From an uncultured Solirubrobacteraceae bacterium (GTDB lineage Bacteria; Actinomycetota; Thermoleophilia; Solirubrobacterales; Solirubrobacteraceae): a DNA stretch of 64,000 nt. The notes beneath the pieces were generated by a model. That model saw only the letters and a list, made by a program, of their open reading frames with translations. It did not search any database and had not been told where the DNA came from. Positions 1 to 7,586 of the stretch are shown here, one piece after another (the stretch's first letter is position 1; every line of letters begins with the position of its first letter). The DNA is taken from assembly GCA_964588985.1 (NCBI GenBank), contig CAZPQW010000011.1, positions 1 through 64,000 of the forward strand, given 5' to 3'. A program made the translations under genes and the position numbers.

Positions 1-255
1 GGGGGCGCCCCGGGGGCGCCCGGGGAGAACGAGCCCGTGGCTCCGGGGGCGCCCGGGGAGCCGCCCGGGGGCACCCCGGGCCGCCCGACGTTCAGGGCGC
101 GCGCGCCCCGGGCCGCGCCCCGGAAGCCCCGGGCCGTCCCGCCGCGCGCCGCACAGACCCGGGAGGAGCCTCACGCCGAGACGCCCGCCACGGCCGCGGA
201 CACGCGCCCCTCCGGCGGTCTGTTCGGTGGCCTGCTGGACGGGCTGATGTCATGA
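1..255 (+). CDS. Phage protein, 5'-partial, Gly/Pro-rich (GAPG repeats) with amphipathic C-terminus
   Basis: Frame is open from position 1 and ends GGLFGGLLDGLMS; stop overlaps the next ATG (ATGA at 252-255). Confidence 0.65.
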   Translation, partial: GGAPGAPGENEPVAPGAPGEPPGGTPGRPTFRARAPRAAPRKPRAVPPRAAQTREEPHAETPATAADTRPSGGLFGGLLDGLMS

Positions 256-770
256 GCGCGGTTCTCGAGCTGGAGTACACCGAGGGTGGTGGCCCGGGGA
301 TCGTCGAGCTCCCGGCCGATGTCCAGTTCGGTGGGGAGCCGGCCCCGGATGACCAGCAGGCGCTGCCGGGGGAGTACCCGGGGTGGGAGCAGGAGACCGT
401 CGAGCAGTTCTTGATGGGGCTCGGCGCCGGGGTGCACATGATGATCGGGGCGGCCGAGAAGGACTGGCTGATGACGCAGCGCGACCTCGAGCGGATCGCG
501 CCGCCGATGACCCGTATCGCGAACCGTTGGGAGCCCGCGCTTCGGCTCTCCCCGTTCGCTGACCCGCTGCTCGTCGCGCACGGGTTCGCGCTCTATGGGT
601 GGCGCAGCGCCCTGGAACGCTCCCGGGCGCTCCGCGACCAGGCCGCCGAGGAAGCCCCCGAGACGGCCGCCGCCGGGTATGTCCGCACCGACGACGACGA
701 GGACGAGCCCGAACCCGCCTTTCAAGCAGTGCAGCCCTACTTCCAAGACGGCGCGAGGCCGAGGAGCTAG
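252..770 (+). CDS. Phage hypothetical protein (possible assembly/membrane-associated factor)
   Basis: 172 aa, coupled to the upstream ORF, with a weakly hydrophobic segment PLLVAHGFALYGW. Sits upstream of the packaging ATPase. Confidence 0.75.
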   Translation: MSAVLELEYTEGGGPGIVELPADVQFGGEPAPDDQQALPGEYPGWEQETVEQFLMGLGAGVHMMIGAAEKDWLMTQRDLERIAPPMTRIANRWEPALRLSPFADPLLVAHGFALYGWRSALERSRALRDQAAEEAPETAAAGYVRTDDDEDEPEPAFQAVQPYFQDGARPRS

Positions 771-773
771 CCC

Positions 774-1163
774 ATGACCGAGAGCACCGAGCACGAGCAG
801 GACGACGTCGTCGACGGCGAGATCATTGAGGACACCGGGACCGCCGCGGAGAAGATCCTCGGGACCCTCCGGATGCTCTCCACCCCGGACGAGGACGCCG
901 GCGAGCTGCAGCTGATGCTCGCGACCGTCTGCATGGGCCTCGAGCGGAGCATCAGCGAGGCGCTGCACGAGCAGCAGCAGACGGGGGAGCTCGATGAGTT
1001 CGTGCTCGCGCTGACGAGGTTCCTCGCGACGCACCGCAGCTCCGGCGCCCGGCAGCTTCTCGTGGTCGAGATGCCGCGCCACCAGAACATCCCGGCCGGG
1101 ACCCGGCTGCATCTCCTCGACGAGGCCGCGGAGGCCGCGGCGAGCGCGACCAGCCCGCTATGA
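774..1163 (+). CDS. Phage hypothetical acidic protein
   Basis: 129 aa with SD GAGGAG upstream; stop overlaps the ATPase start. Confidence 0.75.
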   Translation: MTESTEHEQDDVVDGEIIEDTGTAAEKILGTLRMLSTPDEDAGELQLMLATVCMGLERSISEALHEQQQTGELDEFVLALTRFLATHRSSGARQLLVVEMPRHQNIPAGTRLHLLDEAAEAAASATSPL

Positions 1164-1891
1164 GAGCGATCCGGGTTCACCCCGAGGCCGACCGGGTGCT
1201 GCTTATCAGCCGCACCGGGAAAGGCAAGACGACGTTCGCGCGGTTCATCGCCGAGCAGCTGCAGCCCTGCCGGCTGATTGTGGTCGACCCGAAGGACGAA
1301 CTCGACTTCGGAGTGCAGAAGCTTCGCACCCCCGCGGAGCTCGCGCTCGGGATGCACCAGCCGATCGTGCACTACGTCCCCGCGAGCTTCGACCGCGACT
1401 CGCTCGAGGAGGCCAGCCAGATCATCTGGCTTACCCCGGGCCCCTACATCCTGTGGCTGGACGAGCTCAGCGAGCTCTCGAACCCGAACTGGTGCCCCAG
1501 CGGGTTCCGGCTCGCCGAGACACAAGGCCGACAGGGCCGCAAGCTCGTGATCGCATGCACACAGCGCCTCGCGGAATCCCACCCCGTGTTCCGCAGCCAG
1601 GCAAGCCACGTGATCGCGCTCGTCCCGTGCCCAGTCGAGAAAGACCTCAAGATGCTCGCGGGTGACGCGATACCCCGCGAGCCCGAGGAGATCCGCGCCG
1701 AGCTCGAGAGCCTGCACGCCCAGCATGGCGACTTCAGCCACCTCTGGTATGTCGAGGACGGCGACGAACTCCGCCGCTGTCAGCCGATCCCGCTGCCGAA
1801 CGGCCCCCGGGTGCCCCCCGGGGAGGGCACGGGCCCGCAGCGGCCCCCCGCTACCGCGCTCGAGGAGCCGGCGGCAGAGTCCGCGCCATGA
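1160..1891 (+). CDS. FtsK/HerA-superfamily genome packaging ATPase (PRD1 P9/A32-like)
   Basis: Walker A SRTGKGKT, IVVDPK strand, Walker B LWLDE, arginine finger QGRQ, sensor CTQR and RSQASH motif; 243 aa; next to the capsid gene. Confidence 0.88.
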   Translation: MRAIRVHPEADRVLLISRTGKGKTTFARFIAEQLQPCRLIVVDPKDELDFGVQKLRTPAELALGMHQPIVHYVPASFDRDSLEEASQIIWLTPGPYILWLDELSELSNPNWCPSGFRLAETQGRQGRKLVIACTQRLAESHPVFRSQASHVIALVPCPVEKDLKMLAGDAIPREPEEIRAELESLHAQHGDFSHLWYVEDGDELRRCQPIPLPNGPRVPPGEGTGPQRPPATALEEPAAESAP

Positions 1892-2022
1892 AAAAGATCG
1901 GATTCAGCTTCGGGTCGTTCTTCAAGATCGGACTGATCGCCATGGTGTTCATCCTCCTGGCGAAGTGGGTCCTCGCGAAGGTCAACGTCCCCGGGCTCTC
2001 AGCGGTAGCACAGGGCGTCTAA
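1888..2022 (+). CDS. Small membrane protein (44 aa), packaging-vertex candidate (P20/P22-like position)
   Basis: MKKIGFSFGSFFKIGLIAMVFILLAKWVLAKVNVPGLSAVAQGV. ATGA overlap with the ATPase; below the ORF track cutoff. Confidence 0.8.
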   Translation: MKKIGFSFGSFFKIGLIAMVFILLAKWVLAKVNVPGLSAVAQGV

Positions 2023-2026
2023 GCAG

Positions 2027-3115
2027 ATGCCTACCCCGTCGAACGCTCCGGCGACCAGCACCGGTGAAAACGAGGTTCAGGACCCAGTCCTGTTCGCCGA
2101 GCTCACCGAGCGCCAGGCGATGCCGCAGACGACCACCACGATCAAGGGCATGGCGAAGAAACAGCGCCTGCAGGTCGAAAAAGTCGGGGTCATCAGCCGC
2201 GTCAGGCTGCAGATCAAATGGAAGTTCAAAACGAAGGCCGCAAGCAAACCGGTCCTCAACCCGGGCTTCCCCTACAAGATGCTCGCCGAGCTCGCGATGC
2301 AAGCCAACGGCGTCACCGGGATCATCGACTGCAGCGCCATGACGCTCGCGCAGCGCCGCGACCGCGTGTACCGCAACCCCACAACCGCGATCGAAAACGG
2401 GCCGGCCGCCGGGACCACCCTCGAAGCCGCGAAATCCTACGAAGGCACGTTCGTGGTCGAAGTCCCGATCGCGCATGACATGGAAAGCCTGATCGGGAGC
2501 CTCCTCGCGCAGAACGAGGAGACCAACCTCAGCTTCCTACTGACGTGGGCCAGCGAAGCCGAAATGATGCACTCCGGCGAAATCGAAGGCTTCGAAGGCG
2601 AAATCGTGTGGGGCAGCACCGTCTTCAGCATCGGCTCAACGGTCGTCGGTAAGAAGGAAATGACCGTGCTCCCAGACCTGTCCGCGTTTCACGGGATCAC
2701 CGAACAGGAACCGAACCTCAACGGCACCGGCAACCAGAAGATCGAACTGACCCGCACCGAGGGGCAGCTGCTGTGCCTCACGTTCGCGATCCTCAACAAA
2801 GCCGGCGGCCAGGCGACCCTCAAGCCCCAGGAACTCACCAAGATCCAGCTCGAATACGGCGGCAACAAGGACCCCCTCGTGTGGCTCCCCGCGAGCGAAC
2901 TGATCGAGGAGAACGCGGACGACTACAACGGCGCGCTGAGCCCCGGAGGCGTCCAGTTCGCCGCGATCGACAACGAGCGCGACAACAGCCACCGCGACAT
3001 GATCATCCCCGCCGACCTCGTCGAATTCCGTGCCGTGCTCGGGGTCCCGACCAGCTTCACCCCCGAAGAAGCACGGACCCTCGTCGCGTCCGAGACGCTC
3101 TACCCGGCGGTCTAG
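2027..3115 (+). CDS. Double jelly-roll major capsid protein (Bam35/betatectivirus-like)
   Basis: 362 aa, beta-rich. Motifs FPYKML..NG, VEVPI..LIGSLLAQNEETNL, LPDLS, RDMI..LVEF and terminal VASETL match my recollection of the Bam35 capsid in colinear order. Confidence 0.85.
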   Translation: MPTPSNAPATSTGENEVQDPVLFAELTERQAMPQTTTTIKGMAKKQRLQVEKVGVISRVRLQIKWKFKTKAASKPVLNPGFPYKMLAELAMQANGVTGIIDCSAMTLAQRRDRVYRNPTTAIENGPAAGTTLEAAKSYEGTFVVEVPIAHDMESLIGSLLAQNEETNLSFLLTWASEAEMMHSGEIEGFEGEIVWGSTVFSIGSTVVGKKEMTVLPDLSAFHGITEQEPNLNGTGNQKIELTRTEGQLLCLTFAILNKAGGQATLKPQELTKIQLEYGGNKDPLVWLPASELIEENADDYNGALSPGGVQFAAIDNERDNSHRDMIIPADLVEFRAVLGVPTSFTPEEARTLVASETLYPAV

Positions 3116-3120
3116 CAGCG

Positions 3121-3486
3121 ATGCCCGTCCCCGGGTTCGACGACCCCGCCCTGAGCAGCCGCCCCCCAGCCGGTGATCTCTTCTTCGCGCCCGCCGCCGG
3201 GCTCGCCGTCTCCAAACACGAGGTGATCCGCGGCGGCGGACGCAGCAGCCCCGCCGGCGCACAAAGCCTCGACGCCAGCGCGCCGAGCTTGATGTTCGGG
3301 TCCGGGAAGTACACCAGCGACGGCGAAGTGATCGTGCACAGCAGCAAGAGCGTGCGCGGGCACTACAGCGAAATCTTGAACTTCCACGGCAGCCCCGCCC
3401 CCTGGATCCTAATCGGGATCCTCCTCGTCGCCGGGATGCTGCACCTCTCCGCCGAAGGCAAGTTCGGGTTCGGGGGCCGGGTGTGA
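3121..3486 (+). CDS. Phage membrane protein (C-terminal TM)
   Basis: ATG 5 nt after the MCP stop; TM segment PWILIGILLVAGMLHL. Confidence 0.72.
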   Translation: MPVPGFDDPALSSRPPAGDLFFAPAAGLAVSKHEVIRGGGRSSPAGAQSLDASAPSLMFGSGKYTSDGEVIVHSSKSVRGHYSEILNFHGSPAPWILIGILLVAGMLHLSAEGKFGFGGRV

Positions 3487-3609
3487 GTGGAATCACTCGC
3501 ATCGATACTCCTCACCCTGCTCGTGATCGCTCTCGTACTCGCATACGCGCAGGGCGGCACCGCGGGCGTGGGGAAGTGGCTGCACGCGAAATTCGTCGGG
3601 GAAACCTGA
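3487..3609 (+). CDS. Small membrane protein (40 aa)
   Basis: GTG immediately after the previous stop; MESLASILLTLLVIALVLAYAQGGTAGVGKWLHAKFVGET. Confidence 0.72.
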   Translation: MESLASILLTLLVIALVLAYAQGGTAGVGKWLHAKFVGET

Positions 3610-3705
3610 ATGCCGGCGGTCGGGATCGTGCTGTTCTTGATCGGCCTGTGGATCTTCATCCGCACAGTCCGCGGGAACCTCGCGAAGACGCTCACGGGTG
3701 GCTGA
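3610..3705 (+). CDS. Small membrane protein (31 aa)
   Basis: ATG immediately after the previous stop; MPAVGIVLFLIGLWIFIRTVRGNLAKTLTGG. Confidence 0.72.
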   Translation: MPAVGIVLFLIGLWIFIRTVRGNLAKTLTGG

Positions 3706-3706
3706 C

Positions 3707-4576
3707 ATGACCCACGAGCAGCGGGCCCGCCGCTACCTCCAGGCCAGCATGAACGCCGGCTACACCAACCTCCCCGCCGAGCGCCGTGAAGCCTACGAGG
3801 ACCAGATGCGCGCGCACGAGCGCGCCTACCCCCGCGTGCGCGAACACGCCCTCGCCGGCGCCGACAACGACTTCGACGAGCGCCTGAACGCGGGGGAGCG
3901 CGAACACCAGCGCCACCTCCGCCGCCAAGACGGCCTCCAGGAAGCCGACGTGCACCGCATCCGCGGCGAGCTCCGCGGCAACACCCCCAAGGCGTCCCGC
4001 CGAGCTCGCCGGCCATCCGGGACGACTGCGGGGCCGCGCGCCGCGCAGCGCGCCGTCGCGGCCGGCGGCAGCGCGATCACCGCGGCCGCCAGCGGCGGCG
4101 GGAACATCGTCATGTACTTCATCGGCGGAGCGCTCCTGCTCAGCCTCTTCTACCTCCTCGTCAAGGGCAAGGGCGCCGGCGCGCTCACCGGCATCGTCAA
4201 CACCATCGTCGGGGCCGCCGGCGCATTCGTGAAGCCCGTCGACCCGGTCGCCGCCGCGCAACGTGCACTCGGCGCGAGCCCCACCACCGGCGCGAGCCCC
4301 ACCACCCCCAGCGGGGCCGGCCAAGCAAACATCACCGCGGGCGGGAACCCCGGCCCAGCCGCGGGAGGAGCCACCGCCCCGCCCCCTGGCCAAGTCGGGA
4401 GCCAGCTCGCGGACCGCAACGCCAAAGCACGCGACGTCGCACGGGGATTGCATTTCAAAGGGGTGCTCGAACGCGAAGTCAAGGAGGGCGTCTACACCCT
4501 CCCGATCGCCGATCGCGTTCTCAAGAGCACCTTCCCCAATTACGCCCGCGAGACCCGCGAACTCGCCGGAAAGTGA
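3707..4576 (+). CDS. Phage membrane protein (central TM; DNA-delivery/membrane protein candidate)
   Basis: Charged helical N-terminus, TM IVMYFIGGALLLSLFYLLV and a Pro/Thr/Gly linker. Start 3698 (GTG) is also possible. Confidence 0.78.
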   Translation: MTHEQRARRYLQASMNAGYTNLPAERREAYEDQMRAHERAYPRVREHALAGADNDFDERLNAGEREHQRHLRRQDGLQEADVHRIRGELRGNTPKASRRARRPSGTTAGPRAAQRAVAAGGSAITAAASGGGNIVMYFIGGALLLSLFYLLVKGKGAGALTGIVNTIVGAAGAFVKPVDPVAAAQRALGASPTTGASPTTPSGAGQANITAGGNPGPAAGGATAPPPGQVGSQLADRNAKARDVARGLHFKGVLEREVKEGVYTLPIADRVLKSTFPNYARETRELAGK

Positions 4577-4580
4577 GCCC

Positions 4581-4718
4581 ATGCGCAACTTCCTCAAGAC
4601 AGCGTTCTTCCTGATCCTCGCCTACCTCGCGCTGATCCATTTCACCGGGTTCAGCAAGGACGTCAGCACCGTCCTCGGAGGCACCGGCGAACTGGTCAAG
4701 GACTTCCAGGGCCGGTAG
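4581..4718 (+). CDS. Small membrane protein (45 aa)
   Basis: MRNFLKTAFFLILAYLALIHFTGFSKDVSTVLGGTGELVKDFQGR, 4 nt after the previous stop. Confidence 0.78.
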   Translation: MRNFLKTAFFLILAYLALIHFTGFSKDVSTVLGGTGELVKDFQGR

Positions 4719-4722
4719 ACCC

Positions 4723-5004
4723 ATGGCACGGTTCGACACGCGGTTCCGTCAGCCGCCCGTGAAGATCGCGCGCGCCCAAGCCCGCAGCCAGCAGGCTGGG
4801 CTCATCACGGGCGTCACGCGGACCATCCGCGGCGCCGGCGATTTCGGGATGCGCGAAGCTCGCATGGGCAGCGTCCCGCTGAAGCTCCGGATCGGCAAAG
4901 GGATGGGGCCCGCCGCGGCCGGCGCGCTCCCGGTCGGCCGCACGCGGCGCAAGCGCGGCTACCCGCCGATCCCCGTCTCCGCCGCGAGCGCCCTGAGGGA
5001 ATAG
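4723..5004 (+). CDS. Basic phage protein (93 aa)
   Basis: Fills the gap exactly between neighbours; Arg/Gly-rich. Confidence 0.62.
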   Translation: MARFDTRFRQPPVKIARAQARSQQAGLITGVTRTIRGAGDFGMREARMGSVPLKLRIGKGMGPAAAGALPVGRTRRKRGYPPIPVSAASALRE

Positions 5005-5580
5005 ATGCCCCTGCCAGGAGCCCCGCCGAAGAAGAACAGCCGCCGGTGGATGATCTACGCCGGCGCCGTCGTCGTGCTCCTGGTCGTGCTGCTCGTCGTG
5101 AAAGGCAAAGGCGCCACGGAACCCAAAGCAGCCTCACCCGTCGTCGAAGCCCCACCGAACCTCGGGGGCGGCACCGGCGAAACCGGGGGTCTCGGCGGTG
5201 GCGGGACTGTCGCGCTTGAAGGGCCGCAGGGCAAAGAAGGCCCATCAGGCCCCCAGGGGCAGCAGGGCCCGGTAGGCGAAAACACGGTCACCAGCGAAAC
5301 GGCCGCAGCCCAGGCTACCGCCGCCGCCGCGACCGCCGTGAGATCCGCCGCGGCCGCCACGAGCTCGAGCCGGGCGGCGAGCAAGGCAGCAACCGCCGCG
5401 AAGAAAGCCGCGGCCCACAAAGGCGCCCCGAAGAAGACAGCGCCGAAGCCCCACAAGAGCACCAAACACAAGGCGCCCGCGAAGAAACCGCCCGCTCACC
5501 ACGCACCCGCGCATCACGCGCCGGCGCATAAACCTGCAGCGAAGCACAAGGCCGCACCCAAACCGCACAAGAAGAAGTAG
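5005..5580 (+). CDS. Membrane-anchored protein with collagen-like segment and Lys/Ala/Pro/His-rich tail
   Basis: TM WMIYAGAVVVLLVVLLVV; 7 G-X-Y triplets at 5221-5283; histone-H1-like C-terminus. Confidence 0.82.
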   Translation: MPLPGAPPKKNSRRWMIYAGAVVVLLVVLLVVKGKGATEPKAASPVVEAPPNLGGGTGETGGLGGGGTVALEGPQGKEGPSGPQGQQGPVGENTVTSETAAAQATAAAATAVRSAAAATSSSRAASKAATAAKKAAAHKGAPKKTAPKPHKSTKHKAPAKKPPAHHAPAHHAPAHKPAAKHKAAPKPHKKK

Positions 5581-5622
5581 CGCGTGCGCTTCCTACCCCG
5601 ACACCGAAGGAGAACCAGCCAC

Positions 5623-5943
5623 ATGTCACTGCAGCCCCTCCCAGCCAGCCCCGAGGCCTCGCCCGCCGGCGAGCCCACTGTCACCCCGGAGATCCAGGCG
5701 CTCATCGACCGCGAGGTCAGCGCGTTCGCGCAGGCCCACGGCATCCAGGCCCCCGTCGCCGAGCAGGCCGCGAGCGCCCTCGAGGCGATCGCCGCGGACG
5801 CCGAGCACTCCACGTTCGCGGAGAAGCTCGAGCACATCGCTCAGAACGGCTACCAGGCCGCCCTGCACGAGTGGGAGGACGCCCCCCCATCGCTGAAGGC
5901 GCTCGTGACCGTCGTCGGCGAGCTCGTCACGAAAGTCGGCTAG
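5623..5943 (+). CDS. Phage acidic helical protein
   Basis: SD GAAGGAG upstream of ATG 5623; 106 aa. Confidence 0.72.
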   Translation: MSLQPLPASPEASPAGEPTVTPEIQALIDREVSAFAQAHGIQAPVAEQAASALEAIAADAEHSTFAEKLEHIAQNGYQAALHEWEDAPPSLKALVTVVGELVTKVG

Positions 5944-5956
5944 AGGAACCACGGGG

Positions 5957-6100
5957 ATGAAGTGGCCCAGCACCCAGACGCGAGAAGCACTGAAGCTCAA
6001 CCTCGAGCTGCTCCTGCTGCTGATGCTGGTGCCACTCGTCCTCTACACCCTCGTCAAGGACCGCAAGGCCGGCCTACAACTCGCCCTCAACGCACGATGA
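5957..6100 (+). CDS. Small membrane protein (47 aa)
   Basis: MKWPSTQTREALKLNLELLLLLMLVPLVLYTLVKDRKAGLQLALNAR; SD GAGGA; ATGA overlap with the next ORF. Confidence 0.72.
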   Translation: MKWPSTQTREALKLNLELLLLLMLVPLVLYTLVKDRKAGLQLALNAR

Positions 6101-6378
6101 GCACCCAAGCCCCCCCAGCCCCCGAGACCACCGAGAGCCAGCGCCACCGCGAGGGCATCGGGATCTTGATCCTCGAGCCCGCGCTCGAGGAGGAGATCCG
6201 CGATCTCGGCGGACCCGGGGGCCCGCCCCGCGAGCCGGCCGCCCGCGGCCGCGGGCGAGGAGGCGACCGCCCGGACCGCATCAACCGATACCTCTTGATC
6301 TTCGCGGGGATCTGCCTCCTCGCGGCCTACTTCGCGATCATCGCCGTCCTGAACGACCCGCGCCGCGGAGACCGCTGA
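6097..6378 (+). CDS. Phage membrane protein (C-terminal TM, 93 aa)
   Basis: TM YLLIFAGICLLAAYFAIIAVL; coupled on both sides. Confidence 0.72.
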   Translation: MSTQAPPAPETTESQRHREGIGILILEPALEEEIRDLGGPGGPPREPAARGRGRGGDRPDRINRYLLIFAGICLLAAYFAIIAVLNDPRRGDR

Positions 6379-7037
6379 TGGCTGTCACGGCGGGAGCCAA
6401 AGCAGTCCCGGGCGCGGGCGGCGAACTGAACCGCGAACAGTTCGCGGAGAAGGTGCTGCAGTCGGTCGGGATCCCGGTCAACAAGACGTCGGTCGGGAAG
6501 TTCGTCGCATGGGAGAAGCAGGAGGGCGGGCACTGGAACAACACCGCTCGATACAACCCCCTCAACACCACGCTCGCGCTCCCCGGCGCCGCGAACACCG
6601 GCACCCAGGGCAACATCAAGGTCTACAACAGCTGGCAGCAAGGGATCGAAGCGACCGTGAAGACCCTGAAGGCGCCCTCCTACGCAGGGATCCTCGCAAA
6701 CCTAAAGTCTGGGACCGTCGCCGACTTCAAGATCGCCGTCAACACCAGCCCATGGGGCACGAAGTTCAGCAACCTCGGTGAAGCGATCGAACCGACCGAA
6801 GGGCTCTTCGGGCCCGCTGAGAAGCAAGGCGGTGTCACACAGACAGCCGAACAGGGCCTCGAAGAAGCCGGCCACACGATCTCCGGGCTCTTCAACACGA
6901 ACTGGGGCGAACTGGGGATGAACATCGTGCTGTTGCTCGCGGGGGCGGCCCTGGTGGTGTACGGGATCATGGTCGCTGTCCGCCCGCGCGAGAGCGCGTT
7001 CTCGCTCCCGCGGATGCCTATGCCGGTGCCGGTGTGA
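6378..7037 (+). CDS. Membrane-anchored lysozyme-like muralytic enzyme (entry enzyme; PRD1 P7/Bam35 gp26 analogue)
   Basis: AW..EGG, YNPLNT, Y.SW..GI.AT..TL and SPWGT motifs typical of lysozyme-fold peptidoglycan hydrolases; C-terminal TM. Confidence 0.72.
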   Translation: MAVTAGAKAVPGAGGELNREQFAEKVLQSVGIPVNKTSVGKFVAWEKQEGGHWNNTARYNPLNTTLALPGAANTGTQGNIKVYNSWQQGIEATVKTLKAPSYAGILANLKSGTVADFKIAVNTSPWGTKFSNLGEAIEPTEGLFGPAEKQGGVTQTAEQGLEEAGHTISGLFNTNWGELGMNIVLLLAGAALVVYGIMVAVRPRESAFSLPRMPMPVPV

Positions 7038-7041
7038 AGGG

Positions 7042-7275
7042 GTGGAGGGCCATGCGGAGGATCTACGGCTCTTGGGCTATCGGCTTGACAGGCTCGAGGA
7101 GCGGGTGCGCGGCGACTACCTCACGGAGGAGCACGCTGTGAACCGTTTTGTGACACGCGAGGAACTCGAGCGCAGCGCGAAGGTGCGCCGTGAATGGTGG
7201 CCGATCATGCTGATGGCGCTCGCCGGGATCCCGGGAACCGTCAACCTCATCTTGACCTTGAAAGGCGGCCGCTGA
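7042..7275 (+). CDS. Small coiled-coil plus C-terminal TM protein (holin-like candidate)
   Basis: 77 aa; RLDRLEER helix followed by a hydrophobic C-terminus. Confidence 0.62.
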   Translation: MEGHAEDLRLLGYRLDRLEERVRGDYLTEEHAVNRFVTREELERSAKVRREWWPIMLMALAGIPGTVNLILTLKGGR

Positions 7276-7586
7276 TGGCTTGGGATTCACTCGAACTGGG
7301 GCAGCCCGGGAACCCCGCGTGCCCCGACGTGATGGAACCCAAGAGCGAACTGCTATGCGTCGCGTCGACCCGGCTCGTGCTCCAGACGAGCGTCGCCGCG
7401 GTCTTCATCGAGCTCGGCGTGATGCCTCACGGGAAGGGCGTCGGGCTCGCGAGCGTGCAGTGGCTTGGCGAGAAACCGTTCTTGCCGATCGTCGCGTCCC
7501 TGGCCCGCGAGTTTGACGCGGTCCGGGTCCGCAACTACACGAAAGGCGTCCCCGCGCAGGTCTTGATCAGCGTCGAGGGCTTGTGA
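7275..7586 (+). CDS. Penton (single jelly-roll) candidate
   Basis: 103 aa, beta-strand-rich, directly before the spike gene as in tectiviruses; TGATG coupling. Function inferred from position. Confidence 0.55.
   Translation: MAWDSLELGQPGNPACPDVMEPKSELLCVASTRLVLQTSVAAVFIELGVMPHGKGVGLASVQWLGEKPFLPIVASLAREFDAVRVRNYTKGVPAQVLISVEGL

Noticed and set aside
1-130. GC-rich GGGGGCGCCC repeats as a possible terminal repeat or array
   Set aside because: They encode GAPG/EPPG repeats in an open frame, are irregular, and have no counterpart at the right end of the element.
1160-1891. ATPase as conjugative VirB4/TraB or Zot of a filamentous phage
   Set aside because: Short, with no TM, and adjacent to a DJR-like capsid gene in tectiviral order; no T4SS or inovirus genes are present.
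6431-6447. Palindrome CCGCGAAC-A-GTTCGCGG resembling a LexA box
   Set aside because: The spacer is 1 nt rather than 4 and it lies inside a coding region; no proper SOS box was seen in the prophage.
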